This document shows, in pieces, positions 51,125 to 63,655 of a stretch of 64,000 nucleotides of DNA. Both the position numbers and the translations under genes were made by a program. The DNA comes from Octopus sinensis (lineage: Eukaryota). Under the pieces are notes generated by a model. That model was given only the letters and a program-made list of their open reading frames with translations. It ran no database searches and was not told where the DNA came from. The stretch's first letter is position 1. Each line of letters begins with the position of its first letter. The stretch is from positions 60,648,464-60,712,463 of the forward strand of contig NC_043011.1 of assembly GCF_006345805.1 (NCBI RefSeq). Direction: 5' to 3'.

Positions 51125-51610
51125 TTGTGACTCCCCTCGTTTACGAATGACCATGGGAGTGCACCTAGAAAGTTACCCTCCGAGGCACAAGTCTGGGCAA
51201 GGTTGTTTATGGAAGAAGAGCAGTCGGCCATGCATACCGGCTTCCCCTCTCCACGCCACCGATGTTATCCAAGGGAAAGGCAAAGGGGCCGATACAGCTT
51301 GGCACCAGTGACGTTGCAGCTCATTTATTAATGTGCAAGTGGCTGAGCACTCCACAGACACGTGTACCCTTAATGTAGTTCTCGGGAGATTCAGCGTGAC
51401 ACAGTGTGACAAGGTTGGTCCTTTGAAATACAGGTACAACAGAAACAGGAAGAAAGAGTGTGAGAGAGTTGTGGTGAAAGAGTACAGCAGGGTTCACCAC
51501 CACCTACTGCCGGAGCCTCGTGGAGCTTTAGGTGTTTTCGCTCAATAAACACTCACAACACCCGGTCTGGGAATCGAAACCGCGATCCTATGACCCTGAG
51601 TCCACTGCCC
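51125..51610 (-). mobile_element. Composite of family D-variant, D and H SINE pieces
   Basis: Segments match 54577-54780, 540-650 and 30674-30860 respectively. Confidence 0.7.
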
Positions 51611-52057
51611 CATATACACACACACACACACACATGATTTATCAATTCATTTTGCAAGACTACTGATATGAAATCGTGTGCTGAAACAGATATTGTTGTA
51701 TTTTGGGACGGTCACTCTCTCTTGTTTTTTTTTTTGTTTTTTTCGCCAAATAAACACACACACTATATTTTTTCTTCACTCATTAATTTCTGTTTTTATT
51801 TTATTATTCTAACTCATGTCCATTGTCCAGAAATCTTTTGTCACACATCTGTGACCTCTTCAGCAAGACTTTTTGTTTTCATGTGTCTTCTTACTCCACT
51901 TGCTCCATTTTGTTCTAAGAATGGGCTTGAGTTAAAATAATAAAATAAGAACAGTAATAAACGAGTAAAAAAAAAACATATATATATAGTGCGTGTGTTT
52001 ATTTGGCAACAAAAAAAAAAAACGACCATCCGAAATACAACAATATATGTATGTATG

Positions 52058-52117
<60 letters not shown>

Positions 52118-53926
52118 AATGTATGTATCTATGTGTGTATGTCTCTGCGTTTGTTCCCCACCACTGCTCGACAGCCAATGCTTGAGTGCTTACATATCCA
52201 TAACTTAGCAGTTCGGCAAAAGAGACTGATAGAATAAATACAGAGTTTCCAATAAATTAAGTATTGCAGTTGTTTCATTCATCTAAAATTTTTTTTAAAG
52301 CAGTACCCCAGCATGGCCACAGTCTAATGACTGAAATGTGTATAAGATAAAAGACTGAGGAAATATTATGAAAGTGGTTTTTGGTTTTTCAAATAAAAAA
52401 AATAAAAAAGAATTTCTTGGAAAACAAAAAAAAATCTAGTGAAATATGGCGTATATCTTGATTCTGTTGACATTTGATTTATTGGTTTGTTGATAAATAT
52501 TTTTAGATAGGAAACGTGAAAATGGTAAAAAAAATAAATAATAATCAAGATGTAAGAAATGTCATTGAATTGACAACTTCTAAGAATGAAAATCTTGGAG
52601 CAGCATAAAATAATTGAGACAGATGTTGAGGTTTTGGGGTTGGTTGTGTGTGTGTGTGTGTGTGTGCGTGTTTCAAAGAATCAAGAGGGTTGGTCGGTTA
52701 GCTGGATGGAAAAGGAAGGAAAATATTTCTTTCCAAAAGGAAAAGAACATTGAAAGATTTCTAATGAAAATAAATACAAAAATAAATAAATAAATAATAA
52801 ATAAAATTAAATTTCAAAGAACTAATGATATTAACCAGAACATATTCTGTATTCTGAGAATGATATAAATTCCTATTCCTATTTGATATAAATTCCTGGC
52901 AAAGAAAAAAATTGTGAAAAATGTAATATTTGATAAATCTCTAGAAAATAAGGTGGTTTTTTTAATGTTATTTTTTTCAGTGGCAGAGTTGATAGAACAG
53001 GCAGTGGAATTATTTAGTTATACAGAATAACTTGTCATATTCTGTATAAGCTCTCTGTGCTTTGAGATCAAATCTCACTGAGGTCAGCTTTGCCTTCATC
53101 CTCCTCGGGTTGATAACAATAAACAACTAGTCAAATTTCTGTATCTCTCTTTCCTCAAATTGGGATATGTTGCACTGTGAGAAGGGTTAAGCAAGGAACT
53201 AGTAATCTCTGTCCACACAGAAAAGCTGAAACCATCCCCAGATGGACCAATGTGCAATATATCATGAGACAAAGCAACAGCAAGAGAGCAAAAGTTCTAA
53301 GGGCTGAAACACTACCAACTTTTGATCAACACCCCACATCCTGTTGTCACATATAAGGACACATTGAACTCTATAATTTATAATATACAAATAGATGGGT
53401 TGTAAGTGCAGATATGGCTTACAATGACTATGATATATAGAAGGAAGTAGAGGGAGTCGACCAAGAAAGACATGACTAAACCTGATGAAGGCTGAAACAA
53501 GGGTAATGTTGGAAAGGAAAGGGTGTCGAAAAATGAGGCAATATGAAGAAAACTATAATAGGGTCCACAGGGGTTTACTTTTGCCTTGATGGGGAAAAAC
53601 CAGTCTTAAAGTCATGCTGTATGGTAGGATGTAATTTAAGGGAAATATGGAGGTAGGGGACTGGCAAAATGGTTAAAGCACCAGACAAAATGCCGAGTGG
53701 TTTTTGTTTTAGATTTTCATGTTTTGAGTTCAAAACCAGCAAGGGTCAACTCTGCCTTTCATCATTCGAGGGAAGACAAAATAAGAGCTAGTTTAGTACC
53801 AGAATCTGTTTAATCGAGACTGCCAATCTAAGCTATTATGAAATGGGTTAGCTTGGTGTGCAATTCCACAACAGATGAAGAGGCTGAAAGAAGCATCCTG
53901 CTGTCACATCAGTATTATCTGTTAAA

Positions 53927-54131
53927 CTGCAGCACGGAATTTTGTCAGTGAACAGGTCATGGTCTCAAAGCAACGAAGATATTTTGACAAATTAAAATTA
54001 AATGTTGAAGTGAATCTAACGGCTTTTGTGTGTGTTTTAAATGGCTTATAAATACCTCTTATGCTGCAATTGTTCTTGTTTCAGCACATAATCTCAGATC
54101 AAGTCACTTGCTAAGCAAGTACATCTCCGTA
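53927..54131. mobile_element. Fold-back element family E, single arm plus unique end
   Basis: GCAGCACGGAATTTTGTCAGTGAACAGG...ACATCTCCGTA. Confidence 0.8.
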
Positions 54132-54489
54132 AGACCTATAAACCCAACATAACTGCTAACACACTACACATTCATATCCTGTCATTCACTCATACATTCT
54201 CTCTCTAACACAGTGGTTACTAGTGGTTACCATATCAATTAAAGAAATATACATAAAAGAAAGAGGAGTGGTTCGAGGGAGAATTGATTGCTATTTCTGG
54301 CAAATCAAGGACCCACATAAAGACTCTCTCCTTTTGTTGTTAATGTTTACTCTCAAATAAATCAAAGGTATTCCAGCTATGCCCTTCATGCTTTTTTTCT
54401 CTCTTTTTAAAGTCAATAGCTTATGATACAAAGGAAACTAGGTAGTTTTTTCTGGCAGGTCAAACAACCAAATAGAGACTTCTTTGTTA

Positions 54490-55850
54490 ACTCATCTACT
54501 GCATATCTGTTGCATATCAGCTGTATATCAGTGTGTACATATCTATGACATATTTATGAATGCACATTTGCTATATCGGAGACCACCTTCGGTCACGACA
54601 CAGACAATGGGATTGCACCTAGAAAGTTACCCTCCTAGACACAAGTCCGGGCGAGGTTGTTTATGGAAGACCAGCAGTCGCCCATGCATACCAGCCTCCC
54701 CTCTCCACGCCACCAGTGTTATCCAAGGGAAAGACAAAGGTCGATACAGCTTGGCACCTGTGACGTCACAACTCATTTCTACAGCTGAGTGAACTGGAGC
54801 AACGTGAAATAAAGTGCCTTGCTCAAGAATACAACACGCAGCCTGATCCGGGATTTGAGCTCACAACCTCACGATCGTAAGCTCGATGCTCTAACCACTG
54901 AGCCATGTGCCTTCACATTTGCTATATATCTCTTGTATATCTATCTACATGCTTATCTGTTTCATATCTCTCTGTATGCATATCTGCTATATATCCACAA
55001 TTGCATATCTACTATATGTATCTATACAACTCCATATCTGCTATATATCTATCCATGACTGCATATCTGCAACACATCTGTCCGTATGCATGTCTTCTAA
55101 ATATCAATCTATCACTGCACATCTGCAACATATCTGTCTGTATGCACACCTGCTAAATATCAATCTATCACTGCACATCTGCCACATATATGTCTGTATG
55201 CATGTCTGCTAAATATCAATCTATCACTGCAAATCTACTGTATATCTGCAGTATGTATATGTCAGCATTTGCTGATGTCTGCATATATGCCTATGCATAC
55301 ATAACTGATACATATCTGCCTATGTCTGTATATCAGCTGCACAGCCGTCAATGTCTGCCATAACTGCCACATATTTCTCTATGCTTGCATATCTTCTGCA
55401 TATGCCTATGGCTCTGTATATATAAGCCGGCATATCTACTGCACATCTGACAGTCAGCATATTTACCAATGTGTGCTTATCTGTTGATATTTGTATATCT
55501 ACCGTATATCTGTTTATGCACACATGTTGATGCCTGCATATCTTGCTGCATATATGCTACATATCTGCCTGCGTGTGCAGAACTTTCACATATATCATGC
55601 CTGCATGTCAACTGCTCATCTGTCAAAATCTGTATGTTCACAACATATCTGTGTCTGCACATATGACCTGTCTACGTGTACATAGCACATCCACCAATAT
55701 CTGTACATTTACTGCATATCTGCATCTGCATATCTGCCTATGTGTGCATAAGTGTTGATTCCGCATCTCTGCTGATGACTGCTTATCTATCAACGTCTGC
55801 ATATTGGCTGCACATGTCTTAAGCAGACTATCAGGCTGCCATCACACTAG
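54490..55850. repeat. Degenerate (GCATATCT)-based low-complexity satellite, interrupted by a SINE
   Basis: Pervasive CATATCTG/ATATCT motifs; a 56-bp unit repeated about 3.7 times at 55045-55250. Confidence 0.8.
54577..54917 (-). mobile_element. SINE family D variant, full length
   Basis: Minus strand: GTGAAGGCACATGGCTCAGTGGTTAGAGC A-box, GTGAGCTCAAATCCC B-box, CORE-like block. Confidence 0.85.
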
Positions 55851-56449
55851 TAGGGTTGTTCTACAATGCAATGCTACAAAGAGGATGTGTATCAATAGCT
55901 AACAAATTGTTAAATCGACCAAATCTCTAATTGATTAAGTCATCTGCCTATCCATGCTATATCTGTGTGGCTGTGTGGTTAAGAGGCTTGCTTTGCAAAT
56001 ACATGGTTTTGGGGTTCAATCTCTGTGGCTGAACTGCTAAGCCACAGGGATGTAAACAAACCAGCACCAGTTACCATGTGATAGTGGTGACAAGATAGGC
56101 GATAAAAAAATAAAGACACACATACACACACACACACAAATAATATATGCAATGAGCGTCCACACAAATTCTGTCCACCAAATTCCCTCCCAAGACAGTG
56201 GTCAGCTCAGGGCGATAGCAGGAGACGCTTCCCATATTGCCATGCTGTTAGATTGAACCCCAAAACCATGTATGCAGTCCCCCAACCACTAGTTTCGTTA
56301 GATTTTATTTGACAGAGGGGAAAACAAATAAAAATAAACCTTCAGCAAGTGAGTTCACTAAATGTTTCCCATAGTTTGGTGTAACCTAATTCCTGAGAAT
56401 TGGAAAAGAAGGTAGGCAAAGTGGCAAATTTAATCAAATTAAGATGGTT

Positions 56450-56870
56450 TCCTATTTCTTTACTGCCCACAGGGGGCTACACAGAGAGGGGACAAACAAG
56501 GACAGACATAGGTATTAAGTCGATTACATCGACCCCAGTGCGTAACTGGTACTTAATTTATCGACCCCGAATGGATGAAAGGCAAAGTCGACCTCGGCAG
56601 AATTTGAACTCAGAACGTAAAGACAGATGAAATACCTATTTCTTTACTACCCACAATGGTCTAAACGCAGAGGGGACAAACAAGGACAGCCAAACAGATT
56701 AAGTCGATTACATCGACCTCAGTGCGTAACTGGTACTTATTTAATCGACCCCGAAAGGATGAAAGGCAAAGTCGACCTTGGTGGAATTTGAACTCAGAAC
56801 GTAAAGACAGACGAAATACTGCTAAGCATTTCGCCCGACGTGCTAACGTTTCTGCCAGCTCGCTACCTTC
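56450..56870 (-). mobile_element. SINE family B with a tandem partial unit
   Basis: Full copy 56636-56870 and a 3' partial repeat 56450-56635 joined at GAAATACCTATTTC. Confidence 0.85.
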
Positions 56871-57049
56871 AATATTAAGATGGATTCCATCATCATTTAG
56901 CATCCACTTTTCCAATCTTGCAGGAGTCAAGCAGGATTTGTTGAGGTGAATTTGCAATGCATCGATGCACTTCCTTTCACCAACCCTCACTTGTTTCCAA
57001 ACAACGCAGAAGTAAAGAAAGAAAAATTATGTGGATTTCTTTATCGCTT

Positions 57050-57432
57050 AATCTTTTTAACTGCTTCAGCTAAAAGACTGTGGCCATGCTGGGGCACTGC
57101 CTTGAAGAAATTTTAGTCAAATGTATAGACCCCAGTACTGGTTTCTCTTTTTTAAGCGTGGTGCTTGTTCTATCAATCTCTTCAGGTGAACCGCCAAGTT
57201 ACAGGGATGTAAACACACCAACACTGGTTGTCAAGCGGTAGCAGAGGAAAACAGACACAAATATACACATGCATTTGTGTGTGTGTGTGTGTGTGTGTGT
57301 GTATACGATGGGCTTCTTTCAGTTGGGTCAGTCAGAAGCTATAGTAAAAGACACTTGCCCAAGGAGCCACAAAGTGAGACTGAACCTGGAACCATAGAGT
57401 TGGGAGGCAAGCTTCTTATCACACAGCCATGC
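57050..57432 (-). mobile_element. SINE family A
   Basis: Reverse complement of the family A layout. Confidence 0.8.
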
Positions 57433-57928
57433 TTTAATAAAAAATGAGGTTGAGGAGTAGAGGGGCCACAAATTATATTAATAGGGTTTTAACAATTTGA
57501 GAAGCCCATCAATTAATAATCCCCCTCAAAAATAGGACAGTTTTGCAGATTTTACAACACAAATTATTTATTTTAATTTTAAATACAATAATGCTTGCAT
57601 TTTTATTAAGTTTTCATGAATCTCAACCGTTGCATTTTAGCCATTTTACAATATTTTTTTAAAAATAGGGATTTTTTCAGAACTTCCATCCTGTTTATTT
57701 TTCTTCTTATTTGATCATTTTATCATAATTAATTGTAAAATGAAAATTAAAACTTTATGCTTTAATGGATTTAAATGGTAACTTAATGAGTCACAAGTCA
57801 AAAGGGAAGCCTCTATGCAGTCACTTGCCTCCTAGAAATCACAGTCAAACCCCCTCAAATTTCACTATTATTTTTCAAGTGAAAACATGTTAAATAGCCA
57901 GATATCAATGTTAAAACAATGATATATA

Positions 57929-57977
<49 letters not shown>

Positions 57978-58075
57978 GCTTACACTTATCAAGTATTCAC
58001 CCTGAATTTATTGTATATATATGTATATATATATATATCTGTAAATGTAATGTGTGACAATTATTCGGTAGCCAA

Positions 58076-58136
58076 GATAAAACTCCGAGTTTCGGATGCC
58101 AAGGTGGAAATCCACGCCACCATCTCTTCAGTTATC
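58076..58136 (-). ncRNA. Type I hammerhead-ribozyme-like motif in a Penelope-like remnant
   Basis: GATAA-CTGAAGA-[stem II, 31 nt]-GAAA-CTCGGAG-T-T|TTATC: stem I GATAA/TTATC, intact CUGANGA and GAAA cores, near-palindromic stem III, GUU cleavage triplet. Confidence 0.6.
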
Positions 58137-58944
58137 CGGCCATTGGAAAAACACTATGTTATCTTACCATTTTTATCAATATATATATATATATAAATAC
58201 ATACATACATACATACACATGTATATATATATATATATATATACATGTGAAATGAAGTGTTCTGCTCAAGAACACAACATACCATCCAGTCTAGGAATTG
58301 ATCCCATGATCTAGTGATCATGAAGGAAATTCCCTAAACACTAAGCCATATACATAGAGAGGGAGGGAAGAAGGGGGTAGAAGATGGAAGTGAGGGAGAG
58401 AGAGAGAGTGGTGGATGGGTAGGTAGGTATCGCCTTGTCATAGCCACGGTCCTGTTGATGTAGATCTCACTTTGTAACCCAAGTGGTCAGGAGTTCCTTC
58501 TTATTGCATTGCACCTTAGACAAGTATCTTCTACCACAGCCTAAGGCTCACCAATACATTGTGAGTGGAAACGGTTATACAGAAACTATCAACAAGCCAG
58601 TTGCGGCTGTATGTGTATGTTTGCGTGCATGCATGTGTGTATGTGTTTGTAGGTGAGTGTCAGGTGTGTAACTGTATTCATTAAACATTGTAATAATGAA
58701 GGAATACAGCAAAAAAAACGATGACATTTGTTGACATTTCCTGTTGACATACTCTGTTGACATTCCATTATCCTCCAGCTCAGCACTTTTGGGGTCAAGT
58801 GGAATGAGAAATAACTTTTACTTGAAAAACAGGTAAGAAATAGAGACAGGAAGACCGGTTCCAACTCTAAAACAAAGCCTCAATAATATAATAATATATT
58901 TATTGAATGGATGTAACCATGGACACGTATCTACAATAAAAGAA

Positions 58945-59480
58945 TCATCATCATCGTCATTTAACATCCGCTTTCCATGCTGGCATGGGTTGGACGGTTC
59001 GACTGATGACTGGTAAGCCAGGAGGCTGCACAGTGGAGGCACATGGCCTAGGGGTTAGAGCAGCGGACTCGCGGTTGAGGGATCGCGGGTTCGAATCTCA
59101 GACCGGGCGATGTGTGTGTTTATGAGCGAAACACCTAACCTCCACGCGGCTCCGGCAGAAGGTAATGGCAAACTTCTGCTGACTCTTTAGCCACAATTTC
59201 CTCTCACTCTTTCCTCCTGCATCTTACAGCTCACCTTCGACGGACCGGCATCCTGTCCAAGTGGGGAACCTATACGCCAAGGATACCGGGAAACTTGCCC
59301 TTATGAGCCAGGCGTGGCTCGAGAAGGAACAATTAAAACAAACAGGAGGCTGCACCAGCCCCCAACCTGATTTGGCAATATTTCTACAGCTGGATGCCCT
59401 TCCTAACACCAACCACTCCAAGTGTGTGGTGTGTACCTTTTATGTGCTACTGGCATGGGGGCCAGTCAGGCGGCACTAGC
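58945..59480 (-). mobile_element. Family C retroposon interrupted by a family H SINE
   Basis: The C element resumes after the insert at CAGGAGGCTGCACC. Confidence 0.8.
59033..59342 (+). mobile_element. SINE family H with 13-bp TSD
   Basis: TSD CAGGAGGCTGCAC at 59019-59031 and 59343-59355; A-box TGGCCTAGGGG, B-box GGTTCGAATC. Confidence 0.9.
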
Positions 59481-59744
59481 ATCGGCCACTACACATATAT
59501 ATCATCATCATCATCATCATCAGCATTATCAAGTCAGGCAACTTTCCCCAGACCAATACAACTCCTCCATGCCAAATGTCCTGATGGAGTGATGCAGCAT
59601 GAACATCTGGCCCAGGGTTTCAGTCACATTAGTCTTTTGCTAGCTGAAACATCTCATCTGTGCTCACCACTGAACTGGCTGATCCTGACTCATGACAAAT
59701 TGTTGTCTGTTCATCTGCTCAGCATTTACTAATATTCGTTGTGC

Positions 59745-60030
59745 CACCCGACTGGCTCCTGCACTGGTGGCACATAAAAAGCACCATTCAAGCGTAGTCA
59801 TTGCCAGTGCTGCCTGACTGGCCCTAGTGACGGTGGTACATAAAAAGCACCCACTGTACTCTCAGAGTAGTTGGCATTAGGAAGGGCATCCAGCTGTAGA
59901 AACTTTGTCAGATCAGATTGAGCCTGGTGCAGCTTCCTGACTTGCCAGTCCTCAGTCAAACCATCCAACCCATGCCAGCATGGAAAGCAGACGTTAAACG
60001 ATGACGACGATGATGATGATGATGATGGTG
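59745..60030 (+). mobile_element. Family C retroposon
   Basis: Core plus GACGTTAAACGATGACGACGATG tail. Confidence 0.85.
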
Positions 60031-60575
60031 GCAACATTATTTCCAATATCTCTTTATAAGACAACAAAGTATAACTTGAAGGATGTTTGGTTGTTATTTC
60101 TAGCAATAAAAAGTAAGTCGTTAAGGTATGCATTAGATAAGCTAGAAACCAGGGTCTTTACAACTCCTCATAGCAATAAAACACACTGATTCTTTAAATA
60201 GGATCCAAACCTCTGAGATTTCCTAATTCCTTAAAATTATCTCATTTTATTGGAGAGTTGCTGATAATCACTGCTAATTTATTTAGTTATTTGCTTATTT
60301 TTGTTGCATTTTCTTGTTCCTACTAAGAAGGAAAATTTCAAATAATTAACTCTAAGATTTTTTTTTATATCTTCTTAGTTGTGATTGTTGTTGTTGTTGT
60401 TGTTGTTATGTTAGCAGATGAGATTCAGAACATCATCCTTTGATTTAATTAACTGAAGTTCATGCCACTGGTTCATGTGAGTTACTTTTGGCATTAAGGG
60501 AGTAGGAGAGGAGCAGAGACTGGGAAGGGGAGAAGAGGGAGGAGGAGTAGAGAGTGAGAGTAAGACAGAGAGAGA

Positions 60576-60609
<34 letters not shown>

Positions 60610-61735
60610 AATAAGAAAAAAGGGGATAAGAGAATGTACAAAAAAAAGTAATAAAGAAGTATAGAGATAGAAAGGAAGAGACAAAAAGAGGAAGGAAAAG
60701 ATTGTGAGAAAAATAGGAAAGAGAAATAAAGAGAGCAAGAGAGAGAAAAAGAGCTGAAGAATGAAAGAGGAAAGAGGAGAGTGAAAGTAATAGGAAGACT
60801 GAAAGAGAGAGGGATTGAGAAGGAGTTCAACCCAGAGACAACTTTGAGCTGTAAACAGGATTATAAAAAAGAGCAGATCCTTTACACAATAGATTTTTTC
60901 CTGTGGTCTGAGCTGGACACAATGCAACAATGGATTACTGACCGGCAACTAAGGAGTGGCTGTAAACGAGTGCAGAACTATCAATTCTTTGAGGGAAAAC
61001 TTAGAGATTTATCTATTCCTCCATAATACAAACTTTAATGTGTCTGCTGGTGAACAGAAGGTATTGATTGCTGACAGGTACACTTAATTTGTTATGCAAC
61101 CATAATATGCTACCATGTATATTAGTTTCAAAATTTAGCACAAGGCCAGCAATTTCTAGGGAATGGGTAAGTCGGTTACATCAACTCCAGTCCCCAACTG
61201 GTGCTTATTTTATCAATGCTGAAAGAATGAAAGACAAAGTCAACCTTGGTGGAATTTGAACTCAGAACATAAAGATGGACGAACGTTCTGCCAGCTTGTT
61301 ACCTTATCCTATCAGATATATTGAAGTTTTATGATACAGGTGGGACATGGTACTGACCAAAACCATGTGGCTTCGAACTGTCCTTCTTAACCACATAAAT
61401 ATTCAAACAATTCATACATGCATGTGTGTATTCATCATCATCATCATCATCGTTTAATGTCTGCCTTCCAAGCTGGTACGAGTCGAACGGTTTGAGAGGA
61501 GCTGTCCAGGAGGGAGTTTAGGCCATGCTTCTGTGTCAGTTTTGGTCTAGTTTTTACAGCTGGATGCCCTTCCAAATGCCAATCACTTAACTGTATGGAC
61601 TGGATGCTTTTTACACTGTAAAGTGGCTGGCATTTGGAAGGGCAATACACACACACACAAACATGCTCATACATGAAAATATATGTATACATATACTTAT
61701 ACCACCCCACAAACATATATATATATATATATATA

Positions 61736-61968
61736 GTGAGAATTTACAAAAAAACAAAAGACGAAGATGGGTGTGTAAACAACAAACAGATGTATTAGTT
61801 TAACGCTCGGGAAGTGAGAAAGTCTTTTACATTTCGAGCCTACGCTCTTCGACAGAAAGGAGAACAAAAATAAACAGGGAGAGAAAATAGAAAAAGGTTT
61901 AGTGGCTAGCGATCTATCATGGTGAATAACAGACAGAGGGGTCACACAGGACTGCTAGGAAGAAGGGG

Positions 61969-61970
<2 letters not shown>
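61736..61970 (-). mobile_element. Penelope-like LTR remnant with a minimal hammerhead-like motif (61824-61859)
   Basis: Minus strand: CTTT-CTGTCGA-A-GAGC-GTAG-GCTC-GAAA-TGT-A|AAAG; bounded by (TA)n on both sides. Confidence 0.55.
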
Positions 61971-62011
<41 letters not shown>

Positions 62012-62124
62012 ATACATATATATGCCACCAGTGGTGTATAACCAACACACTTATGTGTACCCTTCATTTATTAGAAAATAAACTTTGCTTGCAAAGATCT
62101 GTTGAGGCAACTGAAATCAAAATC

Positions 62125-62528
62125 GCTGACATAGCCAATGACAGTACTGCCTGACTGGCTCCCATGCCAGTGGCACGTAAAAATAGCACCATTCAAGCGT
62201 GATCATTGCCAGTATTGCCTTACTGGCACATGTGCCGGAGGCAGGTGAAAAACAACATTCGAGCGTGGTCATTGCCAGTGCCTCTGGACTGGCTCCTGTG
62301 CAGGTGGCACGTAAAAAACACCTATTGAGCATTGTCATTGCCAGTACCGGTGGCACGTAAAAGCACCCACTACACTCTCAGAGTGGTTGGTGTAAGGTAG
62401 GGCATCCACCTGTAGAAACTTTACCCGATCAGATTGGAGCCTGGTGCGGCCTTCTGGCTCGCCAGTCCTTAATCAAACCGTCCAACCCATGCCAACAAGG
62501 AAAGTGGACATTAAACGATGATGATGAT
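62125..62528 (+). mobile_element. Family C retroposon with tandem ~65-bp head units
   Basis: GGCACGTAAAA..CACCATTC.AGCGTG.TCATTGCCAGT units, core and GACATTAAACGATGATGATG tail. Confidence 0.85.
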
Positions 62529-62530
62529 CT

Positions 62531-62562
<32 letters not shown>

Positions 62563-62646
62563 GTATGTATGTATGTATGCATGTATTTATATATATATAT
62601 ATATATTATATATATATATATATATTATATATATATATATATATAT

Positions 62647-62990
62647 AAACATTGCAGTGTGGAAGGTGTTTATAAGCCATTTAAGAAACACACAAAAGCC
62701 GTTCGATTCACTTCAACATTTAAGTTTAATTTGTCAAGATATTTTCGTCGCTTTAAGACCGCGACCTGTTCACTGACAAAAATCCGTGATGCAGAACGGA
62801 TTTTTGTCAGTGAACAGGTCGCAGATTTTAGTGACGAAAATATTTTGACAAATTAAACTTAAATGTTGAAGTGAATCGAACGGCTTTTGTGTGTTTCTTA
62901 AATGGCTTATAAACACCTTCCACACTGCAATTGTTTTCGTTTCAGCACACGATCTCAGATCAAATCACTTGCTATGCGAGTACATCTCCG

Positions 62991-62992
<2 letters not shown>
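62647..62992. mobile_element. Fold-back element family E, complete palindrome (copy 1)
   Basis: ~145-bp inverted arms centred near 62790, plus a ~55-bp unique end (..ACATCTCCGTA); in (TA)n. Confidence 0.9.
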
Positions 62993-63022
<30 letters not shown>

Positions 63023-63032
63023 ATATATATAT

Positions 63033-63375
63033 AAACATTGCAGTGTGGAAGGTGTTTATAAGCCATTTAAGAAACACACAAAAGCCGTTCGATTCACTTC
63101 AACATTTAAGTTTAATTTGTCAAGATATTTTCGTCGCTTTAAGACCGCGACCTGTTCACTGACAAAAATCCGTGATGCAGAACGGATTTTTGTCAGTGAA
63201 CAGGTCGCAGATTTTAGTGACGAAAATATTTTGACAAATTAAACTTAAATGTTGAAGTGAATCGAACGGCTTTTGTGTGTTTCTTAAATGGCTTATAAAC
63301 ACCTTCCACACTGCAATTGTTTTCGTTTCAGCACACGATCTCAGATCAAATCACTTGCTATGCGAGTACATCTCC

Positions 63376-63378
<3 letters not shown>
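63033..63378. mobile_element. Fold-back element family E, complete palindrome (copy 2, identical by eye to copy 1)
   Basis: Direct repeat of 62647-62992 at 386-bp period. Confidence 0.9.
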
Positions 63379-63420
<42 letters not shown>

Positions 63421-63529
63421 AGTGAATAGCTACAACTGGATGAAAAGCGGGGCAGACACAGACTGAAATGCTGATCGTTTTTCGCAACTACAGTCAGTTG
63501 AAGGAAGTGTTCAATAAGTTCACAGCTGG

Positions 63530-63530
63530 C

Positions 63531-63567
<37 letters not shown>

Positions 63568-63600
63568 AAGCGAGAGAGAGAGAAAGCGAGAGAGAGAGAA

Positions 63601-63631
<31 letters not shown>

Positions 63632-63655
63632 AAGAGAGAGAGAGAGGAGAGAGAT
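63530..63655. repeat. (GA)n microsatellite
   Basis: Directly visible. Confidence 0.95.

Noticed and set aside
53482-53498. CTGATGA-AGGCT-GAAA hammerhead-like string (similar at 42724-42738 minus)
   Set aside because: Stem II too short and no stem I/III pairing; the 53.4-kb context looks like a decayed RTE 3' end.
62518-63242. Repeated ORFs KHCSVEGVYKPFKKHTKAVRF...
   Set aside because: Read-through of the fold-back element; no domain and no start other than from microsatellite.
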